Below are positions 1-9,290 of a stretch of 23,650 bases of DNA, piece after piece. The notes under the pieces are model-generated. The model worked only from the letters and a program-made list of their open reading frames with translations, searched no databases and was not told where the DNA came from. Source of the stretch: Promethearchaeota archaeon (GTDB taxonomy: Archaea > Asgardarchaeota > Hermodarchaeia > Hermodarchaeales > Hermodarchaeaceae); contig JBHLPR010000033.1 in assembly GCA_048939245.1 (NCBI GenBank), positions 1 to 23,650 on the forward strand, given 5' to 3'. Every line of letters starts with the position of its first letter. Position 1 is the first letter of the stretch. Position numbers and translations under genes: made by a program.

Positions 1-2427
1 CCCAGTTCCGGTGGGTGGGTAATCAATATCGGTGCGAACGGCGTCTAGATTTGTCGCCCATGAGACGACGCTAATTATGATGGTGAAGTTTTGCGAACGA
101 TATTCCCAAGATGCACCTTCAATACGCAAGGTAACGTCATATTTGACCCTAAAAATTGCATCGCCATAGGAGATGTCGAATTTTTCAAAGAGCGTCGGAT
201 TAGAAGCGTTCGGTGTGAATGTACCTGGAGGATCTACCACTTCAACCCAAGGACCAGACCCAGTATAGTCTTCATATCTTGTATAAGTCACGATAGGCAT
301 TGGACTTTCAAAATCTGTTGTCCATGGTGTTGAGTTATAGGAGACGTAACTGGCTTGATAAGGATCATAGAATTTCACTTGACAGGTGTAGCCTAATGTT
401 TTCGAGGTTTCACCAAGGTATTCGTGGTCACCTACTTTTTGCGCAGGTTTAATCAATACTTCCTCGATAGGATTGACCAGGTTTATAGAGAAATTTAGAT
501 GTGAAGTGACATATCCGTCCTGTGTGAGTTCGACAGAAAACTTTGCAGTTAAACTAGGACGGAGTTGGCTGGTATCGAAATCCCATGAATAGGACCCATT
601 GTGGTGTGAAGTCATAGTCGTGTATTGAGATTGGAAATTACGATCCACGTATGTTAGTTGAGCAGTCCCAGTACCAATATAGGCCGAGGTATCATTATTC
701 TGCCATGATACTTTGACAAGAGTCTTATCACCCCAGATTATTTTTTGTCCATCGGATGGTGAGATTTTGGTGCCCTTTGTGTTGATAAAGACAGCAAAGT
801 TTTCTTCTCGCATTCCGCATTGATATGACGTGTTAAACGATACGGTCACTAACCAATCCGAACCTGCATCAATTTCATCGATGCTTGGAATTTGCCATGT
901 GGTGGTTTTTAATGAGTTATTCTGAGGAAAGAATTGGGGAGTTGTATCGCTTTGCCATAATGAACCGTCTGGGCGAAACAGAGATACATTTGCAGTATTA
1001 TCAGTGAGGTGTATTGTGCTGAATTTTGCTAGTATGCGGATGAAGTCGTCCTTGATGAAATAGTGCTCGTGGGTGAAATTGGTCCATGGTTCAGTGGGAC
1101 TTGTTTTTTGTTGGATGACAATTTGTAGGACCTGATTTGTGCTCGATACTATGATTGTGAAGGCTTCGTTAGCCGTGGGGACGCCATCCACTAATTTCAC
1201 GAAATGACTAGAGGTATTATATGAATAATGGGAAGGGAGTGACAATGTGTGTGAACTGTTTTTTACTATTGGGTTACTCCACCCTTCTTCAAGGTTTAAT
1301 CCGAAGCTGTATCCATCGTGATTAGGTGGGGGTAGTGGCGTAGGTGTGAGATAGCTGACTTGCCAAGTGGGTTGCCCATTAACAGGGGCAGAGAAGCTGG
1401 TAGTAGCAGCTCCATCCTTTTTGGTTTTTACATACATTGAATAATCGTAATGGAATGAAATTTCTTTGGAGGAATTGAATTGGAACAATTGATCAGAGTT
1501 CCAGCAGTTAGTGGGGGGTGCTTCGGTTCTATTCGCTGGATCAGCATAAACCTTGACTGTGCCTTTGTTACTCCCCGTATCTATGAATGTAGTATTATTA
1601 AGAGTGAGTCCAACTTCAGAGGGACTTCGCTGGGTAAGAATACGATAACGGAAGTTGTCAAAATAGATATAGCCCTGAAGAAGATTGTTTTTTCCACCAG
1701 AATATATAATGGAAATACTGAGTGTGACTGATCCATTGATGGGAGCTGAACTAAAACTTAGGTGGTCCCAAAATGCTGGAGAATAGACATCCGTGGTTTC
1801 TGACCAGCTCCCAATTTCAGTTCCATGATAGTTGAGGGCTACTCTGACTTGTAGCTCTTTTTTCTGGGTTATAAAAGGATGGTATTTGATGTCAAATTCG
1901 AGGGTTGAGTTGTAGGGCTGTTTATCTGAAGTGTAGGTAAAGGTATTTTCATAGCGGGCTTCGGCTGCATCATCTTCAAATCTATAATCAAGATGAATAT
2001 ATAAACAATCGGGGGGATTGCCTTCAAAACTAGTTGTGCCCCAGTCATGAACTATGGCACGCTCATTGCGCTCTTGTTCCCAGGCGGTTCCAGGTTCAGT
2101 TTGATTGAACTCCCCATTCGGAACTGGATCCCGGATTTCAAAGAGATTAGTTACCTCAGCTTGAAGTTGATAGCCCCGGTAGATGGTGGGGGTTTGGGGA
2201 AACCAGCTACCAAGATATGTAAACGTAGTATCTTCAACTCCATTCCTGTAGGTCATACTGCTGTCTTTGCGTGCGAATTCATAGACATCTAACAGGCCAC
2301 CAATGCCCTCGTAGGGAGAGTTAGGTGCTGCAGAAACACTTGGATTTGGTGTTAGGCCGGATGGCATGAAAATAATTACAGCAAATAGCGTAAAAACGGT
2401 AGCTAGTTCAATCTTACCTCTTCTCAA
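1..2427 (-). CDS. Gene A: large secreted Ig-like-repeat surface protein, collinear paralog of gene B; 3' end runs off the window (first 809 codons visible)
   Basis: Manual translation shows no stop from TTG at 2427 to position 1 (MRRGKIELATVFTLFAVIIFMPSGLTPNPSVSAAPNSPYEGIGGLLDVYEFARKD...WATNLDAVRTDIDYPPTGTG). It aligns throughout with gene B (WFPQTPTIYRGY, DPVPNG, IYFDNF, QCGMR, QVKFYD, FTPNAS). SD GGTG at 2434-2437. An in-frame GTG at 2436 is an alternative start. Confidence 0.93.
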   Translation of the reverse strand, partial: MRRGKIELATVFTLFAVIIFMPSGLTPNPSVSAAPNSPYEGIGGLLDVYEFARKDSSMTYRNGVEDTTFTYLGSWFPQTPTIYRGYQLQAEVTNLFEIRDPVPNGEFNQTEPGTAWEQERNERAIVHDWGTTSFEGNPPDCLYIHLDYRFEDDAAEARYENTFTYTSDKQPYNSTLEFDIKYHPFITQKKELQVRVALNYHGTEIGSWSETTDVYSPAFWDHLSFSSAPINGSVTLSISIIYSGGKNNLLQGYIYFDNFRYRILTQRSPSEVGLTLNNTTFIDTGSNKGTVKVYADPANRTEAPPTNCWNSDQLFQFNSSKEISFHYDYSMYVKTKKDGAATTSFSAPVNGQPTWQVSYLTPTPLPPPNHDGYSFGLNLEEGWSNPIVKNSSHTLSLPSHYSYNTSSHFVKLVDGVPTANEAFTIIVSSTNQVLQIVIQQKTSPTEPWTNFTHEHYFIKDDFIRILAKFSTIHLTDNTANVSLFRPDGSLWQSDTTPQFFPQNNSLKTTTWQIPSIDEIDAGSDWLVTVSFNTSYQCGMREENFAVFINTKGTKISPSDGQKIIWGDKTLVKVSWQNNDTSAYIGTGTAQLTYVDRNFQSQYTTMTSHHNGSYSWDFDTSQLRPSLTAKFSVELTQDGYVTSHLNFSINLVNPIEEVLIKPAQKVGDHEYLGETSKTLGYTCQVKFYDPYQASYVSYNSTPWTTDFESPMPIVTYTRYEDYTGSGPWVEVVDPPGTFTPNASNPTLFEKFDISYGDAIFRVKYDVTLRIEGASWEYRSQNFTIIISVVSWATNLDAVRTDIDYPPTGTG

Positions 2428-2505
2428 ATACCACACCTTACCGCACGAAGCCCTTTCAGTTAAATGGTATACCCACTTGCCGATAACATATACTCAGCGG
2501 AGAAC

Positions 2506-2525
2506 TTTATGAGCATTTTCTGAAT
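2506..2525 (-). promoter_or_regulatory. Promoter of gene A: degenerate dyad (TTTTCTGAAT) plus degenerate TATA (CATAAA)
   Basis: Minus strand ATTCAGAAAATGCTCATAAA, with the same dyad-to-TATA spacing as the other three. Centre 93 nt from TTG 2427. Confidence 0.58.
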
Positions 2526-2663
2526 CATTCATCTAGACAACCTAGTGGACAAATAATGAGCATCGTTCAGGAGAGAGGGAATCTATGCTCTAACAAAGAC
2601 CTTATTTTACACTAAAATTAGCACTTTTAATGCTGTATTCACGAAGAGAGAGATAGCTGAGCT

Positions 2664-2679
2664 AATCAAGATCTTGATT
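2664..2679. repeat. Perfect 16-bp palindrome AATCAAGATCTTGATT in the B-A intergenic region
   Basis: Read directly. The core CAAGATCTT recurs at 2771-2779. Confidence 0.8.
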
Positions 2680-2802
2680 GTTGCGTTCTCAGAATATGAC
2701 CTAGATGGAAAAAACGACCTGATATCAAATTAGAAAGAGGCAGAAATCTGCTTTTCCGATTATTTTCAACCAAGATCTTTGTCAAATTATTCGTTCTAAT
2801 TA

Positions 2803-5800
2803 TTATTCGTCTTTTGAGTCATCAACGCGAAAATCCTTTTTACTTTTCACGACTTTTCCTTCTGCGGTGTCCTTGGTTTTTTTCTCCCGGAAGGTCTGTA
2901 AAACCTTTTGGCGTTCTTCCTCGGTGAGCTCCTTCAATTCTTCGAGCAACTTTTGACGTTCTTCTTCAGTTATTGCCGGTAATTCATCTGGTCGGAGTGT
3001 CTCATCTTCTGAGATAACTTGGGGTTTTTCAGCAATAGCTAGAGTGCTAAAAATTTCTCCCCATTCTTCTTTAGGCAGGGCGCGTAGTTGTTGTGCGATG
3101 CGCTCTTTTTCAAACGTGCTCAATTGTGGAAATTGCTTCAATCGGTCTTGTATTTCCTGTTCTAGCTCTGGAGACAGTGTAGGTTCTTTGATTTTTCGGG
3201 CAAATCGGGTGCCGTCGGCCATTTGTTGTTTTAAGTCTTCGATGAACCACACGCGTTCTGTGGCTGGAATGCGTTTCATTTCTTCGAATAATTCGAGCTT
3301 CTGTTCGTGTTCGAGGTGTGGTAATTGCTTTAATTCTGCCCAGATGGCTTCATCCTCAGCAAATCGTTCTTCATAATCAATAACAGCTGGAAGGCCTGTA
3401 GTAGGAATTGGTATCTGAATGGTCTCATAGGCTGGTTGGACAATGTGACTCATTAGTTCAGGTCGAGAGCCAATACGGTCGATATCCCCTTTTGAGAGTT
3501 TAGGCGTTTTGCCTTTATCGATGGTTCGACCCATTTTCCGCATTTTCCGGACTAGCCAAGGAATGGCAAGGACTCGCGTATAAGCGAGCCACAGGAATAT
3601 CACGATAATTCCAATTACTGCGGCTATAAGCCCAATTTGGAGTGTTTGCTGAACAATTTGACTTAAGGTGACCGCGACTACGATGTCTTCAGTTGAAGAA
3701 CTATATTGTAAACCACCAAGGGCCGCAATTTCAATATGGAGTGTATGAGGTGACAAAAGTGCCGGAACCATAAACGAATAGGACCCATCTCCATGATCGA
3801 ACATATACTGTCTATCAATACCGAGTTCAGGAATGGTTACCGTGAGATTGCCACCAATAACTGGTAAATTGTGATAGGTATCATTGTAAAAGACTACTAA
3901 GGTCCAGGCAGTGCCTGTATCAACGGTGCGAACTTCGGTGATAACTTGAATTTCCGTTGGTACCCGAATGACAAACAAGTCATAGGCGGGGCTTTGTCCA
4001 TTTTCGTAGTTTTGTAAAGTCATTGTGACTTGAAGAGAGTAGGAGCCTGGAGCAGCCTGCGACAGGTCCAAAGTGGCCACATAGAGACCGTTCTCATATT
4101 CGAGGACGCCTATTCCATAATCCCAAGTGTATGAGCCTGATGCAGCCACTATTGTAGTGTTTGTTGCGTCGGTGAAGTTAAAGTATAATGTGAGAAGTTC
4201 ACCACGAGGAACAGTCCAAGTAATTCCTGTCAGATTTGACACAATATCTTCTGGGGCATAATAGGTTTGAATTAATACTAGGTCAAGGGTTGTTGGTTGC
4301 GGACGAATGAAAACTTCAACAGAGGCTATGGCAAAATCATATCCTTCGAAATCAACAGTGAGAGTGACTTGCCAGTTACCAGTGGGATAAATTGTGGAGG
4401 GTAATGATGTGGTGTACCATCCAGGTGTTCCCATTGGCTGCAATAACCCTGCTGAAGTGCCCCAGAAATATGTAACATTTGCACCATCAATGTGGAGATT
4501 ATGATGTGTATCATTGAAGTATACTTGTAGCGTGAAATTTGCTCCATAATATACTTCCTGGACAGTAGGAAAGGCTTGGAGTTCTGTGGGAATTAAAATT
4601 AGTGTAACGCTGATGGTCGTTATGCGTTCGATGACATTCTGCCCTCCCGCGGTGACATAGATGATATATTGCCCTTTTGTTAAGCCGGCGCTATTTAGCG
4701 TAGCATTATAGATGTTGCTGCCGACAAAGACGAGGTCCCCCGTCCTGCTAGTTGCCCAAAGATATGTGACATTGGCGTCTGCAATGCCTGTGCCATAGAT
4801 TGTTGTGAAGTTAACCGATATTTCAAAGTTTTCGCCCACAACGATTTGAATATTTGAGGTTATTGGACTAAGAATTGTATCAGTGGGCAGTATATTGAGC
4901 ATGATAAAGCCTGTGCCAATTTGGTAGCCAGTCTTGTTTGCTTGAATTGTTACCACATAGGCACCTGTGTCCGCAGCGGCCCCGAATGAGACGTTGTATA
5001 CTCCAGCTCCGATAAATGCCATAGTTCCATCTCCGCCTAGCCAGTGGTATGAAGTTGTTGAGTCGTTGATTAAACGTCCATAAAGATCCGTGACTCGCGC
5101 AGTGATTACTACTAATTCAGTCGAGTTATATTCCGTTGTAACTGGAGAAGAGGAAATGACTTCGACAAATAAAGGAATGGGAATCAACGTTAGAGAGACT
5201 ATTACCGTTCGTTGTGCAAAGTGGTCTCGCCAGATCGTAATGTTAATCGCGTGTGTTCCAACAGCTCGACAAGAGGTGTTAAGAATTAAAGCGTAGGTTC
5301 CATTTCCATAGTAGATAATAGTGTAATAGCTTACATTCCAATCGGTGGCAACATCTGCAAAGGGTACCTGCCCTCCATGATCCACATCATAGTAGTCGAG
5401 GCGAATTGTGATATTGAAGCTTAAGGGATGATTGGGAACATAATCTGGATCCGCTTCAAGCGTTGTCTGGATTTTTCGTATAACGAAGTTTTCAATTATC
5501 GTAAATTCCTGATAGTGACTCTTTTGGGCACTTATTGTGACTGTATAACTTCCTTCTGAGCGGCTTATTGTCTGGATTGTAAGTACGTAGGCTTGTAATG
5601 TAGAATTGTAGAAATAGCTCCAATAGAAGTCGTTCCAATCGCAGTCAATAACCGCTCCAGAAATTGGGGACCCACCATCATCGAGGTTAGAATAAGTGAA
5701 GACAATAATTAGGTTATCACCCCAGGGAACAGTCGTCCCCGGATCAAGCGATTGCCGCTGAAGCACAGTGAGATTATCTCGAACTTGGAAGGACACAAAC

Positions 5801-8800
5801 ACTTCCGAATCATCATAATGGGTTTTCGCTAATGTAACAATGAGCGTAAACGGTTGCATTCCCGTTCCTATTCGTGTGGTATTAAGAATCAGAGTATAGG
5901 ATCCATCGGGATTAAATACCAGCCAGTAATCGACACCCAAAATATCATTTGACGAGTTGAAGAAACCATTAGTTGAAACAAACGATAAGTCGGCACCATA
6001 AATCGGAATGGTACTGTGATCGGTGTCATTGTAGGATAAGGTGATGGTTACATTTTGGCCCCAAGGGATAGAGACTGTGTCAGCCAGACCAAATCCTGTA
6101 GTTTGTATTGGACGTAACGTGATTTCGAAATATTTGGATTGACTAGTGTAATTTGTGCGACTGAACAAGATTGTTACATAGTAGGTGGTTTCAGTAATAT
6201 TTCCCCAGAATGTAATGGTATATGTTCCATCTAAATTATTATAGATGGAATAGTTACCGTTAGGATAACCTCCAATAGATTGAGTCGCATCTGTTATGGG
6301 GATAGGGCTTCCTGAAACAATATCATTAAACGTAAGAGTTACTGTGAAATCATCATCATAAGGCAGATCAACTAGTGATCCCGGATAGTCCTTTGTGAGC
6401 TCTGTGTTTCGCGCTTCTACAATCAGTCGTATCTGGATTGATTGGGACGCGCAGTTGGGGGAGCTTGCATTCAATAACAGATCAGTGATTCCGAGTCCGA
6501 TATCAGTGGTATCCAGAGTATAGGTATAACATCCATTTGAGAGCTCATTTAAGGCGGTTTTCGATGTTCCGATGACGAGATGTGCTGTTGCGCCCGTAAT
6601 TCCTGTGTCGTTTTCTGCGAAGTGATAAAATACTGTGATATTGAAATCTTCGTTCCAATAAAGGCGTGCTTCGTAAGCATCGGTATTATTGTTATACTGG
6701 GTCCATCCATCACCTGCTGGTGGAGATGAAATTGCTGTTCGAACCGCATCCAAGTCTGTAGCGGTTTGAACAATCCGGATGATGATGGTGAAGTTTTGTT
6801 GCTGATAGTCCCAAGCGGCGTTCTCAATTCGCATGGTGACTTCATATTTTACCTGTGTTACCCCAGAATATTGAGAATCAACCTTTTCGAATATGATTGG
6901 GCTAGAAGCATTAGGAGTAAAACGCCCCTCAGTAATATAAGTCCAGTCGGATCCGGACCAATGATAGCGAGTAAAGTTTACTCGCACATTTTCATTCCAT
7001 ACGCCTGTATCATTACGAACATAGGCTTGTTCGTATAAATCGTAGAATTTGACTTGGCTGATATAGCCTTCATCACTGGTGGTTTCTGCCGTATATTCAT
7101 CGGGACCTGTTTGTTGGGAGGGGTGAATCATCGTGTAGCTTAGATCATTGACTAGATTGATGGTATAAGTGAGCTGCGTTCCCGTCACGTTTACATAGCC
7201 ATAGTAGAATAATTCGACATAGAATTCTGCAGCCCGATCAGGACTCATCAAATTTGTGCCAAAGTCTAACTCGTATGCCCCTTGTCCGTTTGCAGTCATA
7301 TTCACGTATCGGGTTTGCAGATTACGATCAATATATCGAATTCGAGCGGACGCGTCAGAAATGTAAGCTCCAGTATCATTATTTGCCCAGGTTACATTTA
7401 CAAAAACATTGTCCCCCCAGAGAACACGGGCACCTGGATCCGGATCGATTTTTTCGGTAGCCGTTTCAATGGCAATAGTGAAGTATTGGGCACGCATACC
7501 ACATTGTGTATCGTTATCAAAGGATACAGAAATTTGCCAATTGCTGCCCGCATTATCTGCATCAATTTGGTTGATTTGCCAAGCTGAGCTAACAATTGTA
7601 TTTTCAAGAGAATCAATAGTTGGTGAGGAATCACTATTCCAAAGCGTTCCGTTGGGATAAAATATCGATACATCCGCGGTATTATCTGAGGGACCAATGG
7701 GTCGTAATGTGGCAAGAACTCTGAGCCAGTCATCCTTTACATAATATTCACTTGAGGATACGTTAGTCCAAGGACCAGATCCGGTGCTGCTCTTTTGCGG
7801 ATATATTTCTAAGACGTAATTTAGACTAGAAGCAACAATACGGAATTTGTCACCTACAGAGGCTAGGTCTTCGTCTAACTTGAAGAAGTGGCTGGTTGCG
7901 TTATAGGAATATTGAGTTGTAGGAATAACATCATCAGTACTATTTCTAACTTCAACGAGATTCCATGTTGATCGTAAGTACAAGCCATAGCTATACCCGG
8001 CATATCCATCGGGAGGACGCCCGACAGGAATGGTGTAGTTTATATTCCAAGAAGGAGTTTCATCGGCAACCGTTGAGAAATCGGTTAAAGCGGCATTGGG
8101 ATTTTCACTTTTAATGTACATAGAGTATTCAAAGTCAAAACTAATATCCGCATAGGAAGAAGAAGTGAATTCAAACGATTCATCTGAATCCCAGCAAGTT
8201 GCTAATGAAGCTTGTTCCTTTAAGCTTGGGTCAGCATAAACATTGACTTCGCCTGCATTTCCAATAGTATCGGAGACAGCCGTTCCGTTGAGTGATAGCC
8301 CTACTTCACTGGGCTTACTATCAGTGCCAATGATGTATTGAAAATTATCAAAGTAAATATGTCCTTTCGTATTAGCATTGCCTCCCCCCTGTTTTTGGAT
8401 GGTGATGCGAATCATGACAGTTCCATTGACAGCTGCTGTTGGAAAACTGAGGGAATCCCATGATGTTGGACTATAAAGATCAGTAGTATTTGTCCAGCTT
8501 CCAACTTCTGATGCTTGATATCTGACCGAGACTTTGACATGGAGCCATCCCGCCTTGGAGATATCTTCTGAAAAACGAATATCAAAATATAATCTGAGAC
8601 TATCTGGGGTGATTGATGAAGTGTAAGAAAAGTCGTTATCTATCCACGCGTAGGCAGTGTTGGGAACAGTGCCATATTTGAGTTCGGCGTCAAGACAATA
8701 ACCAGGATTGCCACCGGTCATATTATCGATGGATTTGACTAATCCGCCTGTGGAGTCTGTTAAGGTCCAATTATTATCCGGTTCATCATATTGGTCAAAA

Positions 8801-9120
8801 TCGCCATTAGGAACAGGATCTTCGGTTCGGCGAAGGTTAGAAACTAAGCTCTGTAGGTGATAGCCGCGATAGATGGTAGGGGTTTGGGGAAACCAGGTGC
8901 TTAGGTACGAGAAGGTGGTTCCATTTATTCCATTAGAAAAAAGGGCACTATCGTTTCGAGCAAATTCTGTAACATCGAGGGAATCACCTAAGCCTTCATA
9001 TGGAGAATTAGGAGGTGCCGCAGCCATCACCACATTATCAAGATTCATCTCAAGAGGAGATGAGAAAATAATGACCGCCATGAAAAGAATCAACGTTAAG
9101 GAACCGATTTTTTTATCCAT
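2803..9120 (-). CDS. Gene B: 2105-aa single-pass surface glycoprotein (signal peptide, CBM-like head, ~12 Ig-like stalk repeats, TM helix, cytoplasmic domain with 3 helical repeats)
   Basis: Long ORF. Hydrophobic N-terminus, TM IGLIAAVIGIIVIFLWLAY (~3580-3636), charged helical tail, many N-x-S/T sequons. SD GGTG at 9128-9131, 7 nt before ATG. Ends in tandem TAA TAA. Confidence 0.95.
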   Translation of the reverse strand: MDKKIGSLTLILFMAVIIFSSPLEMNLDNVVMAAAPPNSPYEGLGDSLDVTEFARNDSALFSNGINGTTFSYLSTWFPQTPTIYRGYHLQSLVSNLRRTEDPVPNGDFDQYDEPDNNWTLTDSTGGLVKSIDNMTGGNPGYCLDAELKYGTVPNTAYAWIDNDFSYTSSITPDSLRLYFDIRFSEDISKAGWLHVKVSVRYQASEVGSWTNTTDLYSPTSWDSLSFPTAAVNGTVMIRITIQKQGGGNANTKGHIYFDNFQYIIGTDSKPSEVGLSLNGTAVSDTIGNAGEVNVYADPSLKEQASLATCWDSDESFEFTSSSYADISFDFEYSMYIKSENPNAALTDFSTVADETPSWNINYTIPVGRPPDGYAGYSYGLYLRSTWNLVEVRNSTDDVIPTTQYSYNATSHFFKLDEDLASVGDKFRIVASSLNYVLEIYPQKSSTGSGPWTNVSSSEYYVKDDWLRVLATLRPIGPSDNTADVSIFYPNGTLWNSDSSPTIDSLENTIVSSAWQINQIDADNAGSNWQISVSFDNDTQCGMRAQYFTIAIETATEKIDPDPGARVLWGDNVFVNVTWANNDTGAYISDASARIRYIDRNLQTRYVNMTANGQGAYELDFGTNLMSPDRAAEFYVELFYYGYVNVTGTQLTYTINLVNDLSYTMIHPSQQTGPDEYTAETTSDEGYISQVKFYDLYEQAYVRNDTGVWNENVRVNFTRYHWSGSDWTYITEGRFTPNASSPIIFEKVDSQYSGVTQVKYEVTMRIENAAWDYQQQNFTIIIRIVQTATDLDAVRTAISSPPAGDGWTQYNNNTDAYEARLYWNEDFNITVFYHFAENDTGITGATAHLVIGTSKTALNELSNGCYTYTLDTTDIGLGITDLLLNASSPNCASQSIQIRLIVEARNTELTKDYPGSLVDLPYDDDFTVTLTFNDIVSGSPIPITDATQSIGGYPNGNYSIYNNLDGTYTITFWGNITETTYYVTILFSRTNYTSQSKYFEITLRPIQTTGFGLADTVSIPWGQNVTITLSYNDTDHSTIPIYGADLSFVSTNGFFNSSNDILGVDYWLVFNPDGSYTLILNTTRIGTGMQPFTLIVTLAKTHYDDSEVFVSFQVRDNLTVLQRQSLDPGTTVPWGDNLIIVFTYSNLDDGGSPISGAVIDCDWNDFYWSYFYNSTLQAYVLTIQTISRSEGSYTVTISAQKSHYQEFTIIENFVIRKIQTTLEADPDYVPNHPLSFNITIRLDYYDVDHGGQVPFADVATDWNVSYYTIIYYGNGTYALILNTSCRAVGTHAINITIWRDHFAQRTVIVSLTLIPIPLFVEVISSSPVTTEYNSTELVVITARVTDLYGRLINDSTTSYHWLGGDGTMAFIGAGVYNVSFGAAADTGAYVVTIQANKTGYQIGTGFIMLNILPTDTILSPITSNIQIVVGENFEISVNFTTIYGTGIADANVTYLWATSRTGDLVFVGSNIYNATLNSAGLTKGQYIIYVTAGGQNVIERITTISVTLILIPTELQAFPTVQEVYYGANFTLQVYFNDTHHNLHIDGANVTYFWGTSAGLLQPMGTPGWYTTSLPSTIYPTGNWQVTLTVDFEGYDFAIASVEVFIRPQPTTLDLVLIQTYYAPEDIVSNLTGITWTVPRGELLTLYFNFTDATNTTIVAASGSYTWDYGIGVLEYENGLYVATLDLSQAAPGSYSLQVTMTLQNYENGQSPAYDLFVIRVPTEIQVITEVRTVDTGTAWTLVVFYNDTYHNLPVIGGNLTVTIPELGIDRQYMFDHGDGSYSFMVPALLSPHTLHIEIAALGGLQYSSSTEDIVVAVTLSQIVQQTLQIGLIAAVIGIIVIFLWLAYTRVLAIPWLVRKMRKMGRTIDKGKTPKLSKGDIDRIGSRPELMSHIVQPAYETIQIPIPTTGLPAVIDYEERFAEDEAIWAELKQLPHLEHEQKLELFEEMKRIPATERVWFIEDLKQQMADGTRFARKIKEPTLSPELEQEIQDRLKQFPQLSTFEKERIAQQLRALPKEEWGEIFSTLAIAEKPQVISEDETLRPDELPAITEEERQKLLEELKELTEEERQKVLQTFREKKTKDTAEGKVVKSKKDFRVDDSKDE

Positions 9121-9193
9121 TTAAACACACCACGGACTCAAATTGGCTTAATGAAGGTTGATTGCCCCGCTGTAGTAAAACAGTCAAATAAGG

Positions 9194-9215
9194 TTTTATC
9201 AGTTTTTCCTGAAAT
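9194..9215 (-). promoter_or_regulatory. Promoter of gene B: TTTC-CT-GAAA dyad plus degenerate TATA (GATAAAA)
   Basis: Minus strand ATTTCAGGAAAAACTGATAAAA. Centre 89 nt from ATG 9120. Confidence 0.7.
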
Positions 9216-9240
9216 GTTCGTTTAACAAAATAGAGTTGCG

Positions 9241-9279
9241 AAATAAAAGAAAGGAGACGGGAGCACCCCTTGTGCCCCC
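9241..9279 (-). terminator. Putative terminator after gene C (GC hairpin plus pyrimidine/U tract)
   Basis: Minus strand GGGGGCAC-AAGGG-GTGCTCCC (8-bp stem with one G-U pair) followed by GTCTCCTTTCTTTTATTT, starting 11 nt after the stop. Confidence 0.55.
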
Positions 9280-9290
9280 AAGTAATTTTT

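Noticed and set aside
2560-2733. 57-codon plus-strand open stretch in the B-A spacer
   Set aside because: It has no ATG, no SD and no similarity to the paralogs that I could see.
3240-3345. Tail repeat resembles staphylococcal protein A, GA/FIVAR or MgtE N-terminal helices
   Set aside because: Only a generic amphipathic LxxLxxEQK/ER pattern is shared; homology cannot be assigned without a profile search.
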